64,000 bases of DNA from Eledone cirrhosa (lineage: Eukaryota): assembly GCA_964016885.1 (NCBI GenBank), contig OZ024741.1, forward strand, positions 402,690,001 through 402,754,000, read 5' to 3'. The position numbers and the translations under genes are program-made. The notes beneath the pieces are model-generated. The model did no database searches. It saw nothing but the letters and a program-made list of their open reading frames with translations, and was not told the origin of the DNA. Shown here one piece after another: positions 1-10,769 of the stretch (positions are counted from its first letter, which is position 1; each line of letters starts with the position of its first letter).

Positions 1-386
1 ACACCCCGTCTCCCACTCCCACTCCACCCGCCACCACCCCTACACACCCCACACCCTTCCACCACCTGTTTTACCCCCCTTTTGATTTCAGTTTATTTTG
101 ATCATGCCTTTATTTTTAAATTTATCTCATTCCTTGTATTTTGATCATGCTTTATTTTTATTTTTATCTTTACTTGTTATTTTTTCATTCGCACCGTTTC
201 CTTTCGCTATATGTCTCTCCACCACTCCCCTACACACCCTTTGAACTCTGTTCCCACACACTTCTCACCTGAGGAAGGGCTTATGCCCGAAACGTCGTCC
301 CCCACCTACACCCCACTCTCCAGAGCGTGAAATTAATAAACATTTGTTGTACTGCCTCTCTGTTTTGTCCCTGTTCAAATTTTTCC

Positions 387-390
<4 letters not shown>
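1..390 (+). mobile_element. 3' part of a Penelope-like pseudo-LTR ending in a (TA)n tract
   Basis: Non-coding; contains a minimal hammerhead motif at 267-298 and AATAAA at 335-340, then runs into (TA)n at about 389. Confidence 0.5.
267..298 (+). ncRNA. Minimal type I hammerhead ribozyme motif
   Basis: CTGAGGA-A-GGGC-TTAT-GCCC-GAAA-CG-TC: core boxes, 4-bp stem II, palindromic ACGT stem III, GUC site. Stem I is only about 2 bp. Confidence 0.7.
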
Positions 391-441
<51 letters not shown>

Positions 442-444
442 GTA

Positions 445-475
<31 letters not shown>

Positions 476-544
476 TATGAAGAGAGAAGAAACATTTAGA
501 TATAATTAGTAATAAAATGTATCATACCTAAACTGCTCCTAAAT

Positions 545-634
545 TCCTCGACTACGTAGTTTCGTGGCATAAACAAAAACAATATATCATAAAGACATAG
601 AGTCCTTGCGAGGTCTGCCGACTTATCAAGAGGA
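545..634 (-). ncRNA. Second copy of the U3-A8 hammerhead
   Basis: Reverse complement of 1492-1581. A third copy at 1142-1219 is truncated before the core box. Confidence 0.72.
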
Positions 635-1491
635 TACCTCATTTTACTAGTCTCAAGAACGCGTCTACACGACGTGAGAAAGAATCCCAAAAGGCGGAGG
701 GGGAGATAGTCACGCGATATAACGGTCGAGAAACAGAGCTAAGCCTCTTATAACCCCGAAGAAAATACCACGGAGGCGGAGGGGGTATTTATATCGAGGC
801 CGCAGAAGAGGTGGTGAAGAAGGCGAGAAGTATGAGTAATGGAAGCCTTCCAGCTGTCCCCACACTTCAAAGATTGCTCGACCAGAGGGAGTTATTAACA
901 ATATAATTAGAAACACACAGATACATGCGGACACACACACATATATACATGAATGCATCCGCACCCAACTGTGAGTTAAGGGTGCCAACTTCACCGATGT
1001 TGCTCAATGAATGACTGGGACAGACCAATTCAGTTGAACTAGACTGAACCAGTATCAGAGTTAAAAATACATTATGAAGAGAGAAGAAACATTTAGATAT
1101 AATTAGTAATAAAATGTATCATACCTAAACTGCTCCTAAATTCCTCGACTACGTAGTTTCGTGGCATAAACAAAAACAATATATCATAAAGACATAGAGT
1201 CCTTGCGAGGTCTGCCGAATTATATTGTTAATAACTCCCTCTGGTCGAGCAATCTTTGAAGTGTGGGGACAGCTGGAAGGCTTCCATTACTCATACTTCT
1301 CGCCTTCTTCACCACCTCTTCTGCGGCCTCGATATAAATACCCCCTCCGCCTCCGTGGTATTTTCTTCGGGGTTATAAGAGGCTTAGCTCTGTTTCTCGA
1401 CCGTTATATCGCGTGACTATCTCCCCCTCCGCCTTTTGGGATTCTTTCTCACGTCGTGTAGACGCGTTCTTGAGACTAGTAAAATGAGGTA

Positions 1492-1581
1492 TCCTCTTGA
1501 TAAGTCGGCAGACCTCGCAAGGACTCTATGTCTTTATGATATATTGTTTTTGTTTATGCCACGAAACTACGTAGTCGAGGA
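1492..1581 (+). ncRNA. Type I hammerhead ribozyme with U3-A8 core variant
   Basis: Stem I TCCTC/GAGGA; core TTGATAA (1497-1503); stem II GT(C)GGCA/TGCCAC closing a long loop; GAAA; palindromic stem III ACTACGTAGT; GUC site ending at 1576. Confidence 0.72.
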
Positions 1582-1820
1582 ATTTAGGAGCAGTTTAGGT
1601 ATGATACATCTTATTACTAATTATATCTAAATGTTTCTTCTCTCTTCATAATGTATTTTTAACTCTGATACTGGTTCAGTCTAGTTCAACTGAATTGGTC
1701 TGTCCCAGTCATTCATTGAGCAACATCGGTGAAGTTGGCACCCTTAACTCACAGTTGGGTGCGGATGCATTCATGTATATATGTGTGTGTGTCCGCATGT
1801 ATCTGTGTGTTTCTAATTAT

Positions 1821-1889
<69 letters not shown>

Positions 1890-1895
<6 letters not shown>

Positions 1896-2190
1896 AAAGC
1901 TATGTTGGTACCACAACATGCAGTCCGAAATAAATGAGGTCGTGTAGGTGTCACAACAAAAAAAAAACACAGTCCACGCTGTAATGTGGCCGTGTAGGTA
2001 ACACGATAAAAACCTCCCAGTCCACACTGTAAACGTGGTTGGTGTTATGAAGGGCATCCAGCCGTAGAAAACCCGCCAGACAGTCCTATACGAGCAAGAC
2101 AACCAATCTTGCCACAAGTGGGAACATTCCCGTCCTAACCCATGCAAGCATGGAAGATGGACGTTAAACGTTGATGATCATGATGATGAT
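1890..2190 (+). mobile_element. RTE LINE 3' UTR fragment with (GAT)n tail
   Basis: Same sequence as the 3' UTR following the RTE ORF at 7165-7441; ends GGACGTTAAACG..(GAT)n. Confidence 0.8.
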
Positions 2191-2283
2191 TTAACGGTTA
2201 AACAAAGTTCAATGAATAAATCAAAGAATTTGTTTTACAATAGATTGGAAGCACTCAACAGTTTTGGTTTTCCGGAGTTATTA

Positions 2284-2729
2284 ATATTAATTCAAAATAT
2301 TAACAAAAATAAAACTTCTTGTGATCAAGTATATTTTATTATACATATTTCAGAGGTACTGAACTAACTTCAACAGTACGTCCTTTTTTTCTTTCCTCTT
2401 TCTTCAATAATTCTTCAATAATTATTTGAATCTCTAACAGTTATGTAAATTACTGTTATGTATTTTCAAGCTTTCTTATACGCACCCTCTGTATTATATG
2501 TATTATATGTAAGTTTTTTTATGTATCAATCTTAAGGTATATAAATACTGGATCTTAACCATCTTAATCTGGATCTTAATCATCTACTATGTCAGGGTAT
2601 GTCATGCATCATCTTATTTTATCTGATGAGGACGTACTGTTGAAGTTAGCTCAGTACCTCTGAAATATGTATAATAAAATATACTTGATCACAAGAAGTT
2701 CTATTTTTGTTAATATTTTGAATTAATAT
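2284..2729 (+). mobile_element. Penelope-like fragment with about 100-bp inverted arms and a decayed hammerhead (2619-2675)
   Basis: 2284-2384 is the reverse complement of 2629-2729; CTGATGA-GGACGTACTG..CAGTACCTCT-GAAA-TATGTA. Confidence 0.65.
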
Positions 2730-2911
2730 ATATATTCTTTTTAGCTTCCCGTCCCCACGTAAAATTTGTAAATCAGTGGCTAGTTGAGAGATAGAGTCCT
2801 ATTGGTTGCCAGTTGCTAATCGCTTTACCGTGTCAGTTGTCACAAACAGTCATGACCGGCATGGGCCGGTGTTTCGATTCTGTCGATCGATTGGTTATTG
2901 ATTAGGCGATA

Positions 2912-3021
2912 CCCACTGATGAAGCCGCATAAGCCGATTGTGCATTGTTGCATAATATATGCAGACGGATGGTGCAGTGCACCTTACTGCTACATTGGTG
3001 CGGCAGAGGCTCGAGTCCGGG
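2912..3021 (+). ncRNA. Decayed hammerhead with extended stem II
   Basis: CCCA-CTGATGA-A-GCCGCA..(about 70 nt)..TGCGGC-A-GAGG (in place of GAAA)-CTCGAG-TC-CGGG. Confidence 0.45.
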
Positions 3022-3166
3022 AGCCTTGTAGGCGCCAGTTTTGCGTGTGTTGTGTTGAGGCGGATAACTATGTGTATACTCTGGTAATGTATCTTACATT
3101 GCCCATTGAGTGTGCTGAGATACAGCCGGTACTGGCATTGATAAATATGCTGGGTCCGTCAACCCT

Positions 3167-3235
<69 letters not shown>

Positions 3236-3242
<7 letters not shown>

Positions 3243-3518
3243 AAACGAAAAATCAGTGATGCATCTGAACTCTATTGTGTGTTACAATTTTCTCTCACTG
3301 AGAATTTGCTCTGAAATCAGTAGACGTGTCCGCCGAACCTGCGGGTCCAGAATCAGACAGATCCACACAATGATCGCGTCTCGAGCTGTCCGCCAGCGAA
3401 ACAATTGTAACACACAATAAATTGAGTTCAGATGCATCACTGATTTTTCGTTTTATATTATATCATACTCTGCTCTGTAAGAGCATAGAGTTCTCAACCG
3501 GCATACCGCCTATGGAAG
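3236..3518 (+). mobile_element. Penelope-like fragment with inverted arm and hammerhead 3' half; interrupted by the LTR element and resuming at 6339-6365
   Basis: 3236-3290 is inverted relative to 3401-3461; GCGAAAC-AATT-GTA; the related copy at 11096-11295 reads continuously CCGCCTATGGGAGCACCATAGCTACCAT across the insertion point. Confidence 0.65.
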
Positions 3519-6338
3519 TTTAGCAGTGTAGAAGTATGAATGTCGTGAGTTGACAGTGTCCAGTGTAGCTGTGGCCAGTGGTCACAGTGTGGTAAAGTGA
3601 TAATATCCTCGTTGGATTGTCTTGTCGACATAGACGTGAGGGAAGGTCCCTCTATCTATTTACCATCTTTGTATTTACAATATTCCTTTCGTCAGGTCGC
3701 CAATTCCAGCAGCATGGATTATAGATGTTATTGAGACACGAGTAACATAATAATGATTTCAACAGCAGAAATTAGAGATGAAATGTATGTTTATTTTTGA
3801 TGTAGCACAAACAATGTTTGTTAACTTATATGGTTGAAGTTACACATAAAAAGAGGTTACAAAAGGGAATGTGCCATTGCGCCGGAAAGCCGGCGAGGCT
3901 AGGGTGCAAAATCTCACCGTTACATTATGCGTGTTGCTGGTTCGAAGTTCTCGGTACAAGAGAGAGATTCTTCAAATCTTCGCGGGGAATTTCTTCCTCA
4001 GGGCGCGTAGGGATACATCCTCTTCTACTGGCGCTGATTGGCTGAACTGAGCCAAATCACGCACAGAGAATGTATATGAGCCCGCGGAATGTAGGTCACT
4101 ACAATACCTCCGAGCAGATTTTTAGCCGAAAATCGTAAACGAAGAAGCCAAGGACCCACAAGGAAGTCGATACAGATTATTGAATCAGTAAGAACAAATG
4201 CTGAAAGAGCACATCAGTTTAAAAAAATAATTGGGCAGAAGGCTGCATGCAAGAAAAAAAAATGAGGCACTACGGGCCGTGTTGAGCCGCTGTGTCAAAT
4301 GACCAGCTGTTTTGTTGTTTATACGTGACCAGTAAAGGTCTAACAAAAACGGATAAAGTCTGACATGGGCGAAGTTGCTGTTCTTGCATTTAATGTTAAT
4401 GGTAAGTGCTGTACCAGTAGCTGTGGACGAAGCTATTATGGTAGTTTACCAGTGCTGGCAAGAAGATGATGGGTAGGCGAGAAAATATTGGCCTCCCAGA
4501 TGTATTGCCGAATGTGCTATGGAGCCAGGAAAAAATGGCTGGTTTCTTTGAAAAGAAAAAAAGCAAGTTTAATCTGTAGGTGGGTTGCAGTGTAAATTCC
4601 ATAATTCGGGCGAATCCACAGAAGTGGCCGAAATGCTGACAGGTCCAGTTCTATTTGTTGTTTTCCCAGCGAGTCGGGCAAAAACAGCAAGACGAAGGCC
4701 GTCATGGACGATCAATGTGCAACGAGATGCAAAACTGTTTGAGTTCAGCTGCAATTAGTATTCTCGTGTTGCGGTGCCCGTTTGAATCCAGTGGATTAAG
4801 CTCAATGAGCTGCTAGCATGTGACAGCACCTCAACCAGGTGAAAAGGGACTCGCAGAATATTACGTTTGAAGAACATATACCAAGAACAACATGTTGGTG
4901 TGTGGCAAAAAAAATGTGTGCATATGCAGGCATGTAAAACAGCAAAGTATGTGAATGAACAAAAACCATGAGCAAGCAAATAGCAAATTAGCACAAAACA
5001 AGTAAATGCATTCTACAAAGAAATATGTGAATGTAACAAACTGATAACTCAAAGTCAATCTAAGGGAGCAGAGAAATTGCTCAATGATAAGTTTTTCAAA
5101 GTCAAATAGTTCACACATCACCAGTGTACAGACTTTCTGACACTAGTTCTATCTGAAAACTGAAAAAGAAGTTTGTTAATGCCGTTAGGGGTCAGATGTA
5201 TGGTGTTTTTGAGAGTTTTCGTGGCCATTTTACCGTCCTGCCACCTTGTGTGACATAAGGTTGTGTTGCTTGTTGTTAAAGCAAAGTCAAAGAATCTTCT
5301 GTAGAGTTGCAGTCACCAAACATGGCAGCCACGTCTGACGCCATAATGGTGAGAAAACTACTGTCTCAATTTCTCGAGTCCCTGTGGTAACGAGACAGAA
5401 GGTATGGTGGTGCGTCGGTAAAGTTACAAGCCGTTTTGAAATTTCCGATGTGTGGTGGTTTGCGTCGGTAAGGCTATGAAGCTGCCATCTCACTATTCCC
5501 TGTCGTTGGTCAGTGGCTAAACATTGCTGTCGCTGCTGCTGCTGTCGTTGTTGATTGTAGACAGGACCTGTTGATAGCCATTTTGAAATTTCCTCGTGGC
5601 GAAAAGTTTTTGAAATACTGCTAATCTTTCAAAAAAAATTTTGAAAGGAATATATTGTATTTTCGCAAGTTGCGAAAAGGCCGGCAACGCGGCAATACAA
5701 GTTCAACTGAATAAAAAAGAAGGGCTGCGTTAAATTCTTACGTCGGTCACCACTTTAGCAGTGTAGAAGTATGAATGTCGTGAGTTGACAGTGTCCAGTG
5801 TAGCTGTGACCAGTGGTCACAGTGTAGTAAAGTGATAGTATCCTCGTTGGATTGTCTTGTCGACATAGACGTAAGGGAAGGTCCCTCGATCTATTTACCA
5901 TCTTTGTATTTACAATATTCCTTTCGTCAGGTCGCCAATTCCAGCAGCATGGATTATAGATGTTATTGAGACACGAGTAACATAATAATGATTTCAACAG
6001 CAGAAATTAGAGATGAAATGTATGTTTATTTTTGATGTAGCACAAACAATGTTTGTTAACTTATATGGTTGAAGTTACACATAAAAAGAGGTTACAAAAG
6101 GGAATGTGCCATTGCGCCGGAAAGCCGGCGAGGCTAGGGTGCAAAATCTCACCGTTACATTATGCGTGTTGCTGGTTCGAAGTTCTCGGTACAAGAGAGA
6201 GATTCTTCAAATCTTCGCGGGGAATTTCTTCCTCAGGGCGCGTAGGGATACATCCTCTTCTACTGGCGCTGATTGGCTGAACTGAGCCAAATCACGCACA
6301 GAGAATGTATATGAGCCCGCGGAATGTAGGTCACTACA
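3519..6338 (-). mobile_element. Non-autonomous LTR retrotransposon (probably Gypsy-derived), 2820 bp
   Basis: LTRs at 3519-4103 and 5754-6338 (585 bp, about 5 differences); TSD GAAG at 3515-3518 and 6339-6342; minus-strand ends TGTAG...CTAAA; PBS-like TGGTGACCGACGT next to the 5' LTR; 1.65-kb interior with no long ORF. Confidence 0.9.
5738..5752 (-). other. Primer binding site, tRNA-Trp-like
   Basis: Minus strand reads TGGTGACCGACGTAA versus the canonical Trp PBS TGGTGACCCCGACGTGA; 1 nt from the LTR end. Confidence 0.65.
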
Positions 6339-6370
6339 GAAGCATCTTAGCTACCATCAGACACACATAT

Positions 6371-6855
6371 CATCATCATCATCATCAACGTTTAACGTCC
6401 ATCTTCCACGCTTGCATGGGTTAGGACGGGAATTTTCCCACTTGAGGCAAGATTGGTTGTCTTGCTCGTATAGGACTGTCTTGCGGGTTTTCTATGGCTG
6501 TATCCCCTTCTTAACACCAACCACGTTTACAGTGTGGACTGGAAGGTTTTTACCGTGTTACCTACACGGCCACATTACAGCATGGACTGAGTGTTTTTTT
6601 GTCGTGACACCTACACAACCTCATTTATTTCGGACTGGATGTTGTGGTACCAACATAACTTCAGATTGAAGGGTGTGGTGTGGATGGGGTGGGGTAGTGG
6701 GACGGGGGTGTATTTTTGTTAAGAGGTGCCTACTGACTGTAGGTTTCGCTTTGTACTTAGGCAAGGCGGGTCTTCTGTATTACTGTGGTATTCTGTATTA
6801 AGTGTGTGAGGTCGGAATTTATCAAGTCGTCCCGGGTTTTTCTGGGTCTGCATAC
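6371..6855 (-). mobile_element. RTE LINE 3' fragment
   Basis: (CAT)n followed by the diverged reverse complement of the ORF end and UTR seen at about 7090-7441. Confidence 0.85.
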
Positions 6856-6886
6856 TCCGTGGCTACCATCTATATATATATATATA

Positions 6887-7441
6887 AACGAACTAAGGGA
6901 AAAATTAGAAATAAGAAGGATCAGATGTTGTTTACTCGAGAGAAGACTACGTTGGTATGGTCACGTGATGCGCATGAAAGATGACAGCTATATAAAAAAG
7001 TGCAGGGCAATAAAAATAGACGGTAACCACGGAGTAGGCAGACCCAGAAAAAACTGGGACGACTTGATAAATTCCGACCTCACACACTTACACCTCTCCA
7101 AGACAATGTCACTGGACCGAGATCTTTGGCGCTACACAGTAATACAGAAGACCCGCCTTACCTAAGTAAAAAGTGAAACCTACTACAGTCAGTAGGCACC
7201 TCTAACAAAAATACACCCCCGTCCCACTACCCCCACCCCATCCACACCACCCCTTTCAATGTAAAGTTATGTTGGTACCACAACATCCAGTCCGAAACAA
7301 ATGAGGTCGTGTAAGTGTCACGACAAAAAAAACACACAGTCCACGCTGTAATGTGGCCACTCTTGCCTCAAGTGGGAAAACTCCCGTCCAAACCCATACA
7401 AGCGTGGAAGATGGACGTTAAACGATGATGATGATGATGAT
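6887..7441 (+). mobile_element. 5'-truncated RTE LINE (ORF C-terminus, 3' UTR, (GAT)n tail)
   Basis: LREKL..ERRLRWYGHVMRM..GRPRKNW..DRDLWR is a typical RTE ORF end; stop at 7165. Confidence 0.9.
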
Positions 7442-7442
7442 A

Positions 7443-7488
<46 letters not shown>

Positions 7489-7604
7489 GAAAGAGTGAAA
7501 AATAACATGGTCGGTTGTACAAAAAGGGTTTTATTTACAGTATTAACAATTGTTTCTTTGATCAGGTGAGTCTAAAGGCCGCTGATCACTCGAAGTGATA
7601 TATG

Positions 7605-7670
<66 letters not shown>

Positions 7671-7994
7671 TATGTATACATGTATGTATAAGTAAACCTT
7701 AGGGAATTTTTAACCATTTTCGATGTGTTTTTTTAGGAGTTTAGGAGTTTAGAGCTAATGAAGTGCTACGTCAAATGACAGAACTTATATGAACATATCT
7801 ATATATATATACATTGGTTTCCACCTGTATATATGTGTTTGTGTGTGTGAATGTGTGCGTATGCATATATATATATATAGTAATAATAATAAATGCGAAG
7901 ACTAAAATCCAAAGAGGGCTCGATAAGGATAAATATTTATCAAATATATAAGAACCCTAGAGCAAATATTTAAATTTTAATAAATATATATATA

Positions 7995-8690
7995 TAATTC
8001 GGATGTTTGTTTACAAACAAACCGAGCATTATAATAAATGTTCGGTGAATCTATACTTACATATATATATGTGTGCATGTATGTATGTATATACATACTA
8101 CTGTACGTCTGTATACATATGTGTATGTACATATACATACTTATATTTAAGTATCAGCCGTACTAAGAGTGAGAAATGGGGTTTCATTTTTCCATTTATC
8201 GTTTTCGATACGCCCGGCCGACTAACTTACTCGGTATACAAATTGGGCTGCTCAGCCATTAATATGCATAGAGTAAGTGTATACTTTCAAACGTTCAATC
8301 AACTGACAGGAGGGTATACGATGCTGATGACAGCTAATAAGCTAGAAACTAGTTCATCGTTCCTTTGTCAGTGTTGAACCAAATGGCAATGATGGTTGCC
8401 GAACACTGTATGGCTAATAATTCGGGCTGTTTGTTTACAAACAAACCAAGCATAATAATGAATGTTCGTTAAACCCATACGTACATATAAGTATGTGTGC
8501 ATGTATGTATCATCATCATCATCATCATCATCACCGTTTTACGTCCGTTCTTCTACGCTAGCATGGGTTAGACGTATATATATACATACTACTGTATGTC
8601 TGTATACATATGTGTATGTACGTATACATACTTATATTTAAGTAACAGCCGTACTAAGAGTGAGAAATAGGGTTTCACTTTTTCCATTTA
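7995..8690 (+). mobile_element. About 420-bp hammerhead-bearing unit present as about 1.5 diverged tandem copies
   Basis: ATAATTCGG..TGTTTGTTTACAAACAAACC at about 7995 and 8417; CAGCCGTACTAAGAGTGAGAAAT at about 8155 and 8646; the second copy carries a short (CAT)n RTE-tail insert at about 8510-8575. Confidence 0.75.
8318..8360 (+). ncRNA. Minimal type I hammerhead ribozyme
   Basis: ACGATG-CTGATGA-C-AGCT-AATA-AGCT-A-GAAA-CTAG-TT-CATCGT: 6-bp stem I, intact core, palindromic AACTAGTT stem III, GUU site. Confidence 0.85.
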
Positions 8691-8691
8691 T

Positions 8692-8968
8692 ATCATCATC
8701 ATCATCATCATCAACGTTTAACGTCCGTGTTCCACGCTTGCATGGGTTTGGACGGGGGTTTTCCCACTTGAGGCAAGAGTGATTGTCTTGCTCGCATAGG
8801 ACTGTCTGGCGGGTTTTCTACAGCTGGATGCCCTTCCTAACACCAACCACATTTACAGTGTGAGGCTGGGAGGTTTTTACCGTGTTGCCTACACGACCAC
8901 ATTACAGCGTGGACTGTGTTTTTTTGTCGTGACACCTACACGACCTCATTTGTTTCGGCCTGGATGTA
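8692..8968 (-). mobile_element. RTE LINE 3' UTR fragment
   Basis: (CAT)n plus reverse complement of the 1890-2190 family. Confidence 0.8.
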
Positions 8969-9043
8969 TATATATATATGTTAGGTATTTCCGAAGGAAA
9001 AGCAAAGGAAAAAAGAGTGCTCTATGTATAGAACAGAGCTATT

Positions 9044-9238
9044 TAATTAGAAAGTGAATAGCATAAAACTCTATTACCAAAGGTTTCTGGATCCCAGACA
9101 ATAATAATATACGTCTGGATCGGTCATCAGACAGATAACATCTCTGTCTGATGACCGATCCAGACATATATTATGTCTGGGATCCAGAAACATTTGGTAA
9201 TGGAGTAGTTATATTTTGTATTGTTCACTTTCTAATTA
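9044..9238. ncRNA. Foldback carrying two head-to-head hammerheads (plus 9142-9205; minus 9071-9134)
   Basis: Plus strand: CTCTGT-CTGATGA-CCGATCCAGACATA..TATGTCTGGGATCCA-GAAAC-ATTTG-GTA-ATGGAG; a mirror copy lies on the minus strand; outer arms AATTAGAAAGTGAA/TTCACTTTCTAATT. Confidence 0.75.
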
Positions 9239-9523
9239 GATATATATAACCCCCCCCCCCCACACACACACATATGTATTTTAGAATAAGTTGATTTGTT
9301 TTGCTGTGGGAGTGTAGTGTGAATAATCATGTGTCAGAAATTTTGGACTTTTTGTTCTCTGCACCAAACAAGCTTAAATTTATATTATTTTACAATGAAC
9401 TTGTATATATGAGCGAGACATGGCCACCTAACCCAACTTGCCTCTAAATGGGACAAACCCATCTAACCCATGCTAGCGTGGAAGATAGCTGTTAATCAAT
9501 GATGATGATGATGATGATGATGA

Positions 9524-9882
9524 CGGTTATATGATGCCTGTGTGAGATGCGCGATGCTGCATGGTAGTGAGACATCGGCAGCAATTGCAGAGGATATGCG
9601 ACGGCTGGAGAGAAATGAAGCAAGTATGCTCTGTTGGATGTGCAATGTCAATGTGCATGAATGACTGAGCATAGATGAGTTGAGAGAGAAACTGGGTATA
9701 AGAGGGATAAGTTGTGGTGTGCAGGAGAGAAGACTGAGTTGGTATGAATATGTGATGCGCATGGAGGATGACCGTTGGATAAAGAAGTGTCAAGAAATGC
9801 CAGTAGAAGGAAGATGCAGTAGAAGAAGACCACGGAAAACAAGGGCGGAGATGGTGAGAGCAGACCTCAGATCGCTGAAGCT
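9524..9882 (+). pseudogene. RTE LINE ORF fragment, preceded by another RTE tail at about 9415-9523
   Basis: YDACVR.AMLHGSET..RRLERNEASML.WMC..LREKLGIRGI..QERRLSWY..RPRKT. Confidence 0.85.
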
Positions 9883-10083
9883 TCGTCAGATAAAATACAA
9901 TATTTGGTTTAAAGATAGAGACATATCTTCATGTGAACTTTATGTTATAAGTTCGTTGAAGATAGTGAATACATTTTCAAAACTCAGGATAAATATGCTA
10001 ATGAGGATAATGTTAAAACTGAAAAGGACTGTTAAATTTAGACACTAGATAGATTTAAAATAATTATCTTAATTATTTAAAAA

Positions 10084-10114
<31 letters not shown>

Positions 10115-10116
10115 TT

Positions 10117-10542
10117 GGGGAGACCCAAGATGACCTGGGATGAGGTGATAAAAGCCGACCTTACCCAATTACACCTCTCAAAGACAATGACACACGACCG
10201 TGACTTCTGGCGTCACGCAGTAATACAGAGTACCCGACCTCCCATGGGTACAAGCTGAAGCATATAGACAATATGCCCCCACACCCGCCACCGCAAGGTG
10301 GTCGTGGAGGTGCCACGGAAAAAAAGCACCCAGCCCACACTGTAAAGTGGACGTGTAGGCGCAAAGAAAAAAGTACCCAGCACTCACTGTAAATGAGGTT
10401 GGTGTTAGGAAGGGCATCCAGCTGTAGAAACCAAGTCAAATCAGTTCCTGTATGAGCAAGGCATGGTCAGCCGACCAGACACTGCCCACAACAGGACAAC
10501 CCGTCTAACCCATGCTAGCGTGGAAGAACGGACGTAAAATGG

Positions 10543-10585
<43 letters not shown>
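10117..10585 (+). mobile_element. RTE LINE 3' end (second subfamily) with (GAT)n tail
   Basis: GRPKMTWDEVIKADL..DRDFWR followed by UTR and GGACGTAAAATGGT(GAT)n; the same UTR occurs at 44905-45120. Confidence 0.85.
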
Positions 10586-10769
10586 ATACACAGTTCAAGA
10601 GTAACCAATTTTAAAGAGAGAGATGGAGATAGTAGAGGAGATATGAGAGGAAAGATTGGTGAGTTAGTTAGAAGCCAAAGCGTAAAGGCATGTGCTCAAT
10701 GTGCAATATGCAGTATAAAGCAGCTAGGTGGCTGGATTCATGCAGAGGTTAGGTGCGCAGAGCTGGAAA

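Larger units (their letters stand above)
474..1825. mobile_element. Hammerhead-bearing 597-bp non-coding unit: about 1.25 tandem copies on the minus strand (474-1219) joined head-to-head to one circularly permuted copy on the plus strand (about 1219-1825)
   Basis: ATTATGAAGAGAG recurs at 474 and 1071 (period 597); 1219-1825 is a near-identical reverse complement starting at a different register; (TA)n on both sides; TATAAATA at about 1333. Confidence 0.85.

Noticed and set aside
327-3314. Short ORFs with IYIYIY runs and the duplicated 63-94 aa ORFs
   Set aside because: They are translations of (TA)n tracts or chance frames in a non-coding repeat, with no protein motifs.
3818-6280. Identical 75-aa ORFs at 3818 and 6053
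   Set aside because: Both lie inside the LTRs, antisense to the element, and start at TTG; identity reflects LTR duplication.
7740-7790. CTAATGAAG as another hammerhead core
   Set aside because: No matching stem II or GAAA box.
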